Shown here: piece after piece, positions 21,736-32,238 of the stretch
How the letters are laid out: the number at the start of each line of letters is the position of its first letter
Numbering within the stretch: the stretch's first letter is position 1
Source of the DNA: Coriobacteriales bacterium
GTDB taxonomy: Bacteria > Actinomycetota > Coriobacteriia > Coriobacteriales > QAMH01
Length of the DNA stretch: 58,174 nucleotides
Reading direction: 5' to 3'
Assembly: GCA_051876075.1 (NCBI GenBank)
Contig: JBJEHM010000037.1
Coordinates: 5,566 to 63,739, forward strand
Translations under genes and position numbers: made by a program
Notes under the pieces: generated by a model
What the model was told of the DNA's origin: nothing
The model's database searches: none
Seen by the model: only the letters and a program-made list of their open reading frames with translations

Positions 21736-22275
21736 TCAGTCGCCTTGGGGGCGGGAGAAGGCGGCGAGCGGGTCGTCTGCCTGCCACAGGACGGCCCTGC
21801 CCGCAGCAAGCGAGGCCGGCACGTCGATCACGCGCTGGTTGGTGCTGCCGCGCCAGTGCGCGTCGTAGGAGCTGAGCGCCTCCACATAGGGCCCGTCTAC
21901 CAGCACGTCGCACAGTGCCAGCAGCTCGGCCGAGCCCTTGGGGGCGTCTGCAGCCACGAGCTGCTCGAAGGTGTAGCCGCTGTACGCCCACAGGCCCTCG
22001 CCCTCGGCCTTGACCAAGCGGGCAAAGGGCAGCAGCTCCTTTGCCTGGCAGAAGGGCTCGCCGCCAGAGAGCGTCACGCCCTTGTTGAGCGGCGAGCTGT
22101 GCAGCGCGTCCAGCAGCGCCTGCGGCTCCACCAGGCGCCCGCCCTCGAAGGGATGGGTCTGGGGGTTGTGGCAGCCCGGGCAGGCGTGCGGGCAGCCCTG
22201 GGTGTAGACCGCAAAGCGAAAGCCCGGCCCGTCTACGATCGACTCGCTCTCAATGCCGGCGATGCGAATTGTCAT
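21736..22275 (-). CDS. nrdG: Anaerobic ribonucleoside-triphosphate reductase activating protein
   Basis: ESIVDGPG, radical-SAM CPHACPGCHNP, SGGEP, RGSTNQR; directly downstream of nrdD. Confidence 0.95.
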   Translation of the reverse strand: MTIRIAGIESESIVDGPGFRFAVYTQGCPHACPGCHNPQTHPFEGGRLVEPQALLDALHSSPLNKGVTLSGGEPFCQAKELLPFARLVKAEGEGLWAYSGYTFEQLVAADAPKGSAELLALCDVLVDGPYVEALSSYDAHWRGSTNQRVIDVPASLAAGRAVLWQADDPLAAFSRPQGD

Positions 22276-22389
22276 GCGTGCTCCCTTTCCCTCTCTTCCG
22301 CCCAGTGCTCGAATGCGAAGGGGGCAGGCACGAGCCCACCCCCTTGCAGTTCACGCAGGCCAAGCGGCCCCGATGAATGCGCAGATGCC

Positions 22390-24723
22390 CTAGGCCAGCT
22401 CTCCTGCGGCGCTCACGTCATGCTTGACGCGGTCTGCCTCCTCGGCGCGCTTGCCGTTGTTGAAGCGGTCCAGAGTGCCCACCAGGTAGCCGGTGATGCG
22501 GCGGATGCGCTCGAACTTGACGTCGTCCTCGGTGCGGCCGCAGCCGGGGCAGCGGTCGCCGATGATGCCGTTAAAGCCGCAGACCGGGTCGCGGTCGACG
22601 GGGTGGTTGATGGAGCCGTAGCCGATGCCGGCCTCCTTCATGTGGCGGATCACAGCCTCGAAGGCGTCGAGGTTTTCCGTGGGGTCGCCGTCGAGCTCGA
22701 TGTAGCTGATGTGGCCGCCGTTGGTGAGGGCGTGGTAGGGCGCCTCGATGTTAATCTTCTCAAACGCGCTGATGGGGTAGTACACCGGCACGTGGAAGCT
22801 GTTGGTGTAGTAGTCGCGGTCTGTCACGCCGGGGATGGAGCCGTAGCGCTCGCGGTCCATGCGCACAAAGCGGCCGGAGAGCCCTTCAGCCGGGGTGGCG
22901 ATGAGCGAGTAGTTGAGGTGGTCCTCCTGGGCCTTGCGGTCCATGAAGCGACGCATGAAGCCCACGATCTCCAGACCGAGGTTCTGGGCGCGCTCGGATT
23001 CTCCCTGGTGCTCGCCGATGAGGGCCTTGAGGCACTCCGCGAGGCCGATGAAGCCGGCGGTGAGGGTGCCGTGCTTGAGGACCTCGCGCTGCTCGTCGTC
23101 CCAAGCGAGGGTGTCGGAGTCGAGCCACACGCCCTGGCCCATCAGGAAGGGGGCGTTGTAGACCTTCTTGCGGCACTGCACCTCAAAGCGCTCGTTGAGC
23201 TGGTCGTACACCAGGTTGAGCATGTTCTCCAGCAGCTCGAAGAAGAGATCGATGTCGCCCTTTGCCTTGATGGCCAGGCGGGGCAGGTTGATGGAGGTGA
23301 AGCTCAGGTTGCCGCGGCCGTTGGAGATGGACTTCTCCGGGCAGTAGACGTTGGTTGCCACGCGGGTGCGGCAGCCCATGTACGCGACCTCGGTTTCAGG
23401 CGTGCCCTGGTAGAACTCCTTGTTGAAGGGGGCGTCCAGGAACGAGAAGTTGGGGAAGAGGCGCTTTGCAGAGCAGCGGCAGGCCAGCTTGAAGAGGTCG
23501 TAGTTGGGCTCGCCGGGGTTGAAGTTGATGCCTTCTGCCACGCGGAAGATCTGGATGGGGAAGATGGGGGTCTCGCCATGGCCCAGGCCGTCTTCCGTGG
23601 CCAGCAGGAGGTTCTTCATGACCATGCGGCCCTCTGGGCTGGTGTCCATGCCGTAGTTGATGGAGGAGAACGGCGTCTGGGCGCCTGCACGGGAGTGCAT
23701 GGTGTTGAGGTTGTGGATGAAGCCCTCCATGGCCTGGAAGGTGGCGCGGTCCGTGTCCTTCTCCGCCGCCTTGTGGGCATAGGACTGGACGCGCTCGATG
23801 AGGGCTGCGTCAACGCCAAAGGCCTCCTGGAACTCCTTGGCCTCGGCCTCGAAGTAAGCCGGGCTGGTCTCCAGGCGGGCGATCAGGCCGCTGGCCTCCT
23901 CTGCGCGCAGGATGGCGGCCTTGACAGCCTCTGCGTCTGTGATGTCTGCCAGCAGCTCGAAAGCGGTGCACACGGCCTTGCGGTACAGGCTGCGGAAGCT
24001 CTTCTCCACGCCCTTTGCCATGCCGTAGTCGAAGTTCACGATGGACTGGCCGCCGTGCTGGTCGTTCTGGTTGGCCTGGATGGCGATGGCCGCCAGGGCG
24101 CCGTAGGAGGCGATGGAGTTGGGCTCGCGCAGCACGCCGTGGCCGGTGGAGAAGCCGCCCTCGAAGAGCTTGATGATGTCGATCTGGCAGCAGGTGGTGG
24201 TGAGGGTGTAGAAGTCGAGGTCGTGGATGTGGATGTCGCCCTCTGCATGGGCCTTGGCATGCTCCGGCTTGAGGACGCACATCTCATAGAACTGCTTGGC
24301 ACTCTCGGAGCCGTACTTGAGCATGGTGCCCATGGCGGTGTCTGCGTCGATGTTGGCGTTCTCGCGCTTGACGTCGGACTCGGAGGCCTTGGAGAAGGTG
24401 ATGTCGTTGAGGGTCTTCATCAGGCGGGAGTTGACCTCGCGAGAGCGGGAGCGCTCTGCGCGGTAGAGGATGTAGCTCTTGGAGGTGCGGACAAAGCCGT
24501 TCTCGATGAGGCACTCCTCGACGAGGTCCTGCACGCCCTCGACGCTGGGCTCGACGCCCCTGGCCTCGAGCTTGGCGAGCACCTGCTCCGTGATGTCCTC
24601 CGCAACGTTGCGGCGCTGCATGGCGCCGGATGCGGCAAAGGCCTTGGAGATGGCTGCGGTGATCTTCTCCTTGTCGAAGGGAACGGAGCGGCCGTCTCGC
24701 TTGCGGATGCTGGTGATTGCCAT
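22390..24723 (-). CDS. nrdD: Anaerobic (class III) ribonucleoside-triphosphate reductase with ATP-cone
   Basis: N-terminal IRKRDGR ATP-cone, IHIHDLDF, TCC, YMGCRT, glycyl-radical RITGYL. Confidence 0.97.
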   Translation of the reverse strand: MAITSIRKRDGRSVPFDKEKITAAISKAFAASGAMQRRNVAEDITEQVLAKLEARGVEPSVEGVQDLVEECLIENGFVRTSKSYILYRAERSRSREVNSRLMKTLNDITFSKASESDVKRENANIDADTAMGTMLKYGSESAKQFYEMCVLKPEHAKAHAEGDIHIHDLDFYTLTTTCCQIDIIKLFEGGFSTGHGVLREPNSIASYGALAAIAIQANQNDQHGGQSIVNFDYGMAKGVEKSFRSLYRKAVCTAFELLADITDAEAVKAAILRAEEASGLIARLETSPAYFEAEAKEFQEAFGVDAALIERVQSYAHKAAEKDTDRATFQAMEGFIHNLNTMHSRAGAQTPFSSINYGMDTSPEGRMVMKNLLLATEDGLGHGETPIFPIQIFRVAEGINFNPGEPNYDLFKLACRCSAKRLFPNFSFLDAPFNKEFYQGTPETEVAYMGCRTRVATNVYCPEKSISNGRGNLSFTSINLPRLAIKAKGDIDLFFELLENMLNLVYDQLNERFEVQCRKKVYNAPFLMGQGVWLDSDTLAWDDEQREVLKHGTLTAGFIGLAECLKALIGEHQGESERAQNLGLEIVGFMRRFMDRKAQEDHLNYSLIATPAEGLSGRFVRMDRERYGSIPGVTDRDYYTNSFHVPVYYPISAFEKINIEAPYHALTNGGHISYIELDGDPTENLDAFEAVIRHMKEAGIGYGSINHPVDRDPVCGFNGIIGDRCPGCGRTEDDVKFERIRRITGYLVGTLDRFNNGKRAEEADRVKHDVSAAGELA

Positions 24724-24766
24724 GTTGTGCCTACCTCTTCTGTTTCCTTTGGTTTACCCTAACCAA

Positions 24767-24814
24767 CCACAATATCTTGTGTTTTTATGTCTATCTTGCA
24801 CATAGATATAGGGG
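24767..24814. promoter_or_regulatory. Tandem NrdR boxes
   Basis: CCACAATATCTTGTGT (24767-24782) and weaker CACATAGATATAGGGG (24799-24814), 32 bp apart, matching acaCwAtATaTwGtg; -10 TATACT at 24830-24835 on the minus strand. Confidence 0.8.
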
Positions 24815-24901
24815 TTTTGCGTCTGGGGTAGTATAGGGCCTCAGAGGCTGGTTGTGGGCGAGATTTTTGTGCTTTTTGCGCGCAGCCCAAAGAACCTGCC
24901 C

Positions 24902-25206
24902 GCCCGCGAGGGCGAGGCCGGGCCAGTGACGCGCAGATCGGAATCGGGAAGCGCGCAAGGCACCCGCAACCCGGCCCCCAAGCCCGCAAGGGCGAGGCCG
25001 GGGCCTGTGCCGCGCGGTTTGCGGAGCAGAGTTCGCCCGGAGGCTTTTCGGGAGCGAGGACTGTCTGAGCGAGCGCAGCGAGCGAGTTCCGCAGCTGAAA
25101 AGCCAGAGGGCGAACTCGGTTGCGCAGCATTAGCGCGGCACGGGCCCCGGCCTCGCCCTTGCGGGCGTGCAGGTCCGTCACCCCCCTTCCCCTCGCCCTC
25201 GCGGGC
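24902..25206. repeat. Nested inverted-repeat intergenic element (MITE/REP-like)
   Basis: Four copies of GCCCGC(A/G)AGGGCGAGG (two forward, two reverse); 34-bp inner arms 24982-25015 / 25133-25166 with one mismatch. Confidence 0.7.
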
Positions 25207-25234
25207 TTGGGGTATGGGCATAGCAAGGGTCTGC

Positions 25235-26209
25235 CTAGTAGCGCTTCTGGTCTTTGAACTCGCCCAGGGCCAGGTAGGCGTCCAGGCGCAGCTGGGAGAC
25301 CCGGCCCGCCACATTGCAGCCGGGCTCGTGGGTGTGGCTGCAGTCAGAGAAGCGGCAGCCCGCGGAAAGCTCCGTGATGTCTGGGAAGGCGGTCTCGAGC
25401 GCCTGCTCGAGGTCCATGATCTGCAGGGTGCGCAGGCCGGGGGCGTCAATGATGAGGCCGCCGCCGGGCACCTTCCAGATGCGGCGGGCAACCGTGGTGT
25501 GGCGGCCGCGGTCGTCGCTTTCGCGCACGGCGCTCGTGGCCATGTACTCGGCGCCGAGCAGGGCGTTGACCAGGGTCGACTTGCCCACGCCGCTCTCCCC
25601 CAGCAGCAGCGCCGTCATGCCGGGGGCGATGAGCGAGCGGATCTCCTCGACTCCTTGGTCGAGCTTGGAGGCGATGGCCAGGCAGCGCAGATCAGGTGCG
25701 AGCTGGGCCAGCAGCTCTCTTGCCTGCTCGACCTGCTGGGGCTCAACGCAGTCCGCCTTGGTCAGCACGAAGACGGGCGTGGCGCCGCAGCCGCAGGCGG
25801 CGGTCATCTGGCGAGCGGCCAGGCGTATGTCGAGGCCCTCGCCGGTGAGGCTCTGGCACAGGAAGACGAGGTCGGCGTTGGCGGCGAGCACCTGACGGCG
25901 TATCTGCTTCTCCCTGCCCACGCGCTTGATGCGCGCTATCTCAACGTGGCGCGGCATGATCTTGGCGATGATGGCCTTCTCGTGCCCTTCCGGAATGCGC
26001 AGGGCCACCCAGTCGCCCACCGCCACGATGCTGTCCTCGCTCTTCTTGATCTCTGTGGCAAGCTCGGCGCGCAGCTCCTCGCTCGCCGTGTTCACCAGGG
26101 GGTAGCCCCTGTCCAGGGAGGTCACGCGCCCCGGCTCCAACCCCGGCTCGAGCTCCTGCGCCCACGCGCGCACCGCCTCTGTGTACCCAAGCTCGTCGAA
26201 TGCGATCAT
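25235..26209 (-). CDS. rsgA: Ribosome small subunit-dependent GTPase A
   Basis: Circularly permuted GTPase: TKAD, GESGVGKS, GRHTT, DAPG; C-terminal CRFSDCSHTHEPGC. Confidence 0.95.
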   Translation of the reverse strand: MIAFDELGYTEAVRAWAQELEPGLEPGRVTSLDRGYPLVNTASEELRAELATEIKKSEDSIVAVGDWVALRIPEGHEKAIIAKIMPRHVEIARIKRVGREKQIRRQVLAANADLVFLCQSLTGEGLDIRLAARQMTAACGCGATPVFVLTKADCVEPQQVEQARELLAQLAPDLRCLAIASKLDQGVEEIRSLIAPGMTALLLGESGVGKSTLVNALLGAEYMATSAVRESDDRGRHTTVARRIWKVPGGGLIIDAPGLRTLQIMDLEQALETAFPDITELSAGCRFSDCSHTHEPGCNVAGRVSQLRLDAYLALGEFKDQKRY

Positions 26210-26230
26210 TCGCCTGCCCCTCCCCTGCGC

Positions 26231-26863
26231 CTAGCGCTCCTCTTCCGCAGCGCGGCGGTCCTCACGCCAGCGCAGTATGCCGAACACAGCCAGCAGGATG
26301 AACGCCACCGCGCACAGCTGCAGGCCGGTTGTTATGTCTTGATCGTCCGCGTAATGCGTGACAGGCCCGCCCGGGTCGAGCACGCGGATGGTGAGGGCGT
26401 GCACGTCGAGCTCTCCCTGGTGGTCCGCGCAGTCGAGCGAGTAGATGCCGCGCACTTGGATGGTGGTGCCCGTCGTCGAGTAGCTGCCCACGTTCGAGAT
26501 GCGGGCCGCCATGTCGTCGTCCACCCACACGCCGATGCAGCTGCCGTCTGCACCGAGCACGTTGAGCCACTTGTGCCCGCTGCCGCCCGCCATGATGTCG
26601 CCCACGACCTCTCCCGTGAAGCTCACCGTCGCCTCGTCGAGCGCTCGGTTGGCAGCGGTGAGGACGCCCACGCGGGTGGTGACCACCACGTTGTCGGTGT
26701 CGTCGACCTCCGGTTCACCTTCCTCTATGGCCTCGTAGCGATTGGAGAGCGTGCCGATGTCGAGCAGCGGCTCCTCTGCTAGCGCCGCAGCAGGCCACAG
26801 CACGGCAGCGGCGAGCACGGCCAGCGCCGCAGCGGAGCACAGCATGCGCCTAACGATGCTCAC
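26231..26863 (-). CDS. Membrane-anchored extracytoplasmic protein with OB-fold-like domain
   Basis: Signal peptide (ALA-EE), VSFTGEVVGD...WLNV...IQVRGIY...CADHQGELDVHA, C-terminal TM helix; overlaps the trkH stop. Confidence 0.8.
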   Translation of the reverse strand: MSIVRRMLCSAAALAVLAAAVLWPAAALAEEPLLDIGTLSNRYEAIEEGEPEVDDTDNVVVTTRVGVLTAANRALDEATVSFTGEVVGDIMAGGSGHKWLNVLGADGSCIGVWVDDDMAARISNVGSYSTTGTTIQVRGIYSLDCADHQGELDVHALTIRVLDPGGPVTHYADDQDITTGLQLCAVAFILLAVFGILRWREDRRAAEEER

Positions 26864-28394
26864 GGCGCCCCCTCTCCCACTTGAAGCCGTCCTTGGGCCT
26901 TATGCTGAGCGCGATCTGAAGCACCATGGCGAAGACCGCCACGAACTCCAGGCGCCCCAGCAGCATCTCGACGATGTAGACGAGCTCCAAGAAGGGCGGC
27001 ATGCCCGGCGCCACGATGCCGGCGGAAAGGCCGCCGTTGGACGCCGCGGAGATAGACTCGAATATCGCCGGCAGGGCGTCGTAGCCGCAGATGATGCCCG
27101 CGATGGCGCCCACGGCAAAGGTGAGTATGTACATCAGGAAGATGGTCATGGCGTTGGAGGCGAGGTCCGCTGTGAGCAGCTTGCGCCCCATGTGGTAGTA
27201 GAAGGTGCGCGGCATGACGCGGTCGGGCACCAGAGCCTCGCGCAGCGTTTGGACCACGGTCTTGGCGCAGATCCCGATGCGGAAGGCCTTGATACCGCCC
27301 GTGGTCGAAGACGAGGACCCGCCGATGATCATGCCGACGCCGACCATGAACAGCGCGCCAGAGCCCATGGCGTAGATGAGCTGCCCCGAGTACACGGTGG
27401 AAAAGCCCACGTTGGTAGCGGCAGAGATCACCAGGAAGACCACGCGGCGCAGCAGCGCGGCGAAACTGTTGAAGTAGTCGCCGGACATCACCACGATGGT
27501 CAGCACCAGCACCAAGCCGAATATCCAGACGGCCATGGTGTGGACCTCGATGTCCTTGAGGAGGTTCTTGATGCGGCCCTTCCATATGTCGCCGTAGAGC
27601 GTGAAGTTGATGATGCCGAAGAACATCAGGCACACGGCGACTATCTCGAGAGGCCAGGAATGGTAGGCCATGATCCCCATGGACTGACCCGTCATGCCGC
27701 CGGTGGCAAAGGCTGAGATGGTGATCCACAGAGAGCTGAACGCGGCGCGCAGCGGTTGCTGCCCCCCTAGCAGCAGGGGGATGGCGCACACCGCCGTGCC
27801 CACCGCGATGATGATGGCGGTGACCTTGAAGATGAAGCGCGACATCTGGCGGATCTCTGGCATGACGCGGCCCTCGCGGGCCTCGGCGCTGTAGATGGAG
27901 GCAGCGCCCGACCCCGTTCCGAAGATGCCCAGGGCCAAGGCGATGACCAAGACGCCCACGCCGCCCATCAAGTGCAGAATGAAGCGCCAGGTGATCATCG
28001 ACAGCGCCATGTGGTCGAGGTCGACGGCGATGGAGAGGCCCGTTGCCGTGATGCCGGAGACTCCTTCGAGCAGGGCGTCTTGGAAGGTGGCGTAGTGGCC
28101 GGAGAACCACAGCGGCAACGAGCCGAAGAACGCCAGCACGCCCCAGGACAGCGCGGTGACCACCAGGGCCTGGTGGCGCAGCATGGTGCCGCGCTTGACC
28201 TGGGCGAGCGTGAGAACAGCGCCCGCGATGCCGGTGAGGCCTATGCACTTGAGGAAGATCGCCGCTTGGTCGAGCTCGTCGAGCGCCAGCGCCAGGGCGA
28301 AGGGGATGCACATGACGGCCGCCATCAGGAGGATGAGCGCTCCCAGGTAGTGGCAGATGATCCGCCAGTCTTCCAGATGCAGCCGGGTGACCAA
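26850..28394 (-). CDS. trkH: TrkH-family potassium uptake permease
   Basis: Four P-loops (ITATGLS, FATGGMT, ATNVGFS, ASNGGLS), GGSSSSTTGGIK, LLGRLEF. Confidence 0.93.
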   Translation of the reverse strand: MVTRLHLEDWRIICHYLGALILLMAAVMCIPFALALALDELDQAAIFLKCIGLTGIAGAVLTLAQVKRGTMLRHQALVVTALSWGVLAFFGSLPLWFSGHYATFQDALLEGVSGITATGLSIAVDLDHMALSMITWRFILHLMGGVGVLVIALALGIFGTGSGAASIYSAEAREGRVMPEIRQMSRFIFKVTAIIIAVGTAVCAIPLLLGGQQPLRAAFSSLWITISAFATGGMTGQSMGIMAYHSWPLEIVAVCLMFFGIINFTLYGDIWKGRIKNLLKDIEVHTMAVWIFGLVLVLTIVVMSGDYFNSFAALLRRVVFLVISAATNVGFSTVYSGQLIYAMGSGALFMVGVGMIIGGSSSSTTGGIKAFRIGICAKTVVQTLREALVPDRVMPRTFYYHMGRKLLTADLASNAMTIFLMYILTFAVGAIAGIICGYDALPAIFESISAASNGGLSAGIVAPGMPPFLELVYIVEMLLGRLEFVAVFAMVLQIALSIRPKDGFKWERGRREHR

Positions 28395-28400
28395 GGCACA

Positions 28401-28538
28401 CTACTCCATGATGAAGCTGACCAAGAAGGTGGCGGCCGTCAGCACCAGCAGGAAGCAGACCACCATCAGAAGCACGAGGGCAAGGCCCTTGACAGGCCCC
28501 TTGGCCTTGTTCTGCGTTTCCTCGATCTTGTCTCTCAC
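28401..28538 (-). CDS. Small 45-aa single-pass membrane protein
   Basis: GTG start after GGGAGG; MRDKIEETQNKAKGPVKGLALVLLMVVCFLLVLTAATFLVSFIME; stop 6 nt before the trkH start. Below the ORF-track cutoff. Confidence 0.65.
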   Translation of the reverse strand: MRDKIEETQNKAKGPVKGLALVLLMVVCFLLVLTAATFLVSFIME

Positions 28539-28616
28539 AGGGCCTCCCTTCGCAGCGCTGCCCTTGCCCGCCTTGCAGCGCGGTGAGACACCCGCGCGGA
28601 AGGCCTATTGTACGCC

Positions 28617-30812
28617 CTAGAGCCGCAGGCCCAGGAAGCGGATGCGAGACCTGCCCCGCAGGAGGCGCTCGAGCACCAGGATGAGCGCTGCCGCAGCCAG
28701 CAGCCCCACGCCGGTGACACCCAGGCTGGTGTTCGCCTCGTGTTCCACGGGGTAGCCCGCAACCCTCACGGCAAGGCTTGCCGCGTGAATCTCCAACTCG
28801 CCGGAGTGCGCAGGGCAGGCTTGGTGGTAGGTGCCCTCCACCACGACCTTATCCCCCTGCATGCCGTAGCCCCCAAAGACGGTGACCTTCTCCGCCATGC
28901 TGTTGCGCACATACACGGAGATGACCTTGCCGCCCTGGTCTTGGATATTGAGCCAGCTGTGTCCAGTGCCCGCCTTGGCGGCGTAGCCCACCACCTCGCC
29001 CGAGATGCGGACCTTGTCGCCGTCCATGCGGCTGCTGGCGCCGAGCAGCTCGGAGATGCTCGAGCTGCGGTAGCTTTGAGAGAGCGAGAAGCCCGCCTCC
29101 GCCTCCTCGGCAAGGGCCAGCTGCTGGGCGCCGCCCGCAAGCAGGCCGCCGGCGAGGGCCAGGCTCAGCAGCAACGGCAGCAGGGCCTTGGGGCCGCTGC
29201 CCTCCAAGAAGAGCGCCCTGCGCAGGCGGCGCAGGCGCGCGCGGCGGTTGTCGCGGCGCTGGGCCTTGCGGCTGCTGTCAACACCCTCTGGAATGACGTT
29301 GCGGTGAGGCCGCAGACTGGCCACGAGGCTGGCGAAGGCGGCGATGAGCGCCACGAACTCCAGGCGGCCGGCCCACATCATGAGCATGGCCATGAGCAGG
29401 AGGCTCGGGGGCATGGTGGAAGCAGACTGCCCCACACAGATGCCGGTGTTGGTCACATACGAGATGCTCTCGCAGATCGCGTCGAGAGCCCCGTAGCCGT
29501 GGGCGATGAACACCGCGGCCCCTATGGCCGCCGCCATGATGAAGAGCGTGGTGACGACCATCGCGAGCTGGGCACCTTCGGAGCCAGCGCGACGCGGGCC
29601 AAAGTGCTCGTAGGTTGCGGTGACGCGCACGCTGTCCGGGAACAGGCTGCGCTTCACGCTGACGCCAAACCAGCGCAGCACCTGGAGGCCGCGGAAGATC
29701 TTGAGGCCGCCTGCCGTCGAGCACGAGCAGCCGCCGATGAACATGGCCGCCATGATGAGCATCAGCGCCCCGTCCGGGAAGCTCGCCCCCATCTGGGCGG
29801 GGTAGACGGTCTGCATGCCGGATGTCGTCGCCGCGCTCACCACCATGAAGGTGCTGTGGTTGAACAGGCCCGCCAGGCTCGTGAGCACGCCCTCCCGGCA
29901 CAGCATGATGCTCACGATCACCACCAGCAGGAAGATCCAGAGCGCGTAGGCGCGCAGTTCGGAGTTGCGCAGGATGGTCTGGCGGGCGTCGTCGCTGGCA
30001 CCGCGGCTGATCGCAAGCGCGAAGATCGCGAAGTTGAGCGAGCCCAGGATCATCAGGACGGCCACAAAGCCGTTGAGTGCAGTGGAGTGGTAGAAGATGA
30101 GGCTCGAGTTGTGCGGGACGTAGCTCCCCGTGCTGAAGGCGTTGCCGCTGAGCCACAGGCCGTTCATGAGGGCATCTGGCAGCGCCATGCCGCCCGCAAC
30201 CAGTATCACAGCCAGTACTGCCATGCCCAGAGCCACCATGCCCGCCATGACGAACCAGATGAGCTGGCCGGTGCTGCGCAGCGCGGCGGTGAGGGCGTCG
30301 CGGCGGCTGCGGGTGCTGTCGCGCGCCGAGTAGCCGCCGTCCCCAAAGAAGCCCAGGTACAGTGCAGAGACGATGATGGCCTGGCCGCCCGCCAACGAAA
30401 GCAGCGTGCGCCAGGTCGACTGCGCATATGAGAGGTGCTCCACATCCTCCAGGCAGGTGACGCCAGTCGAGGTCAGGGCAGAGACGCTGTCGAAGAACGC
30501 GCCGAGAAAGCCGTCGAAGCAGCCGGAGAGGTAGAGCGGAATGGCGGCGAAGAAGCCCACGAGCACCCAGCCAAAGCCGCAGAGCAGCAGCGAGCGGCGG
30601 CGGTCGAGGCGCCCGGCCTTGAGCAGGCACAGCAGGGCGCCGAAGAAGGCCGTGAAGCCCGAGGAGAACACGTAGGCCATGCCCTCGGAGGTCTCGCCAA
30701 AGCAAGCCGCGATGGCGGCCGGCACCAGCATCAGAACCCCGATGACAACCAGGATGACCCCCAGGTAGTGGCCTACCGTGCAGACGTCCTTGAGATGGAA
30801 GCGCAACAACAT
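28617..30812 (-). CDS. trkH: TrkH-family permease fused to a C-terminal OB-fold-like extracytoplasmic domain
   Basis: 731 aa from ATG 30812 (TATAAT 9 nt upstream). P-loops, GGCSCSTAGGLK, WAGRLEF, then a domain homologous to 26231..26863 (SGEVVG...WLNI...CPAHSGELEIHA). Confidence 0.88.
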   Translation of the reverse strand: MLLRFHLKDVCTVGHYLGVILVVIGVLMLVPAAIAACFGETSEGMAYVFSSGFTAFFGALLCLLKAGRLDRRRSLLLCGFGWVLVGFFAAIPLYLSGCFDGFLGAFFDSVSALTSTGVTCLEDVEHLSYAQSTWRTLLSLAGGQAIIVSALYLGFFGDGGYSARDSTRSRRDALTAALRSTGQLIWFVMAGMVALGMAVLAVILVAGGMALPDALMNGLWLSGNAFSTGSYVPHNSSLIFYHSTALNGFVAVLMILGSLNFAIFALAISRGASDDARQTILRNSELRAYALWIFLLVVIVSIMLCREGVLTSLAGLFNHSTFMVVSAATTSGMQTVYPAQMGASFPDGALMLIMAAMFIGGCSCSTAGGLKIFRGLQVLRWFGVSVKRSLFPDSVRVTATYEHFGPRRAGSEGAQLAMVVTTLFIMAAAIGAAVFIAHGYGALDAICESISYVTNTGICVGQSASTMPPSLLLMAMLMMWAGRLEFVALIAAFASLVASLRPHRNVIPEGVDSSRKAQRRDNRRARLRRLRRALFLEGSGPKALLPLLLSLALAGGLLAGGAQQLALAEEAEAGFSLSQSYRSSSISELLGASSRMDGDKVRISGEVVGYAAKAGTGHSWLNIQDQGGKVISVYVRNSMAEKVTVFGGYGMQGDKVVVEGTYHQACPAHSGELEIHAASLAVRVAGYPVEHEANTSLGVTGVGLLAAAALILVLERLLRGRSRIRFLGLRL

Positions 30813-30901
30813 AATGCGGGGATTATAGCGCGCGCAGAGAAAGCAAGGGGGCCGGCCCCGCGTACGGAGCCCGGCCCCCTCTGTCCCCCGTGCCTGCGGG
30901 C

Positions 30902-32137
<1,236 letters not shown>

Positions 32138-32238
32138 TGCTGTCTTTCCTTTCTTCCGTACGGGGGCTTCCACACCCCCGGGATTACCGTAGGATAGCTG
32201 CCCGCTGCACCGCAGGGGCAGCCATTGGGTGAGCGGCG

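Noticed and set aside
24840..25234. Cobalamin riboswitch upstream of nrdD
   Set aside because: No B12-box motifs found, and the nrdD -10 and NrdR boxes lie downstream of the structured region, so it would not be in that leader.
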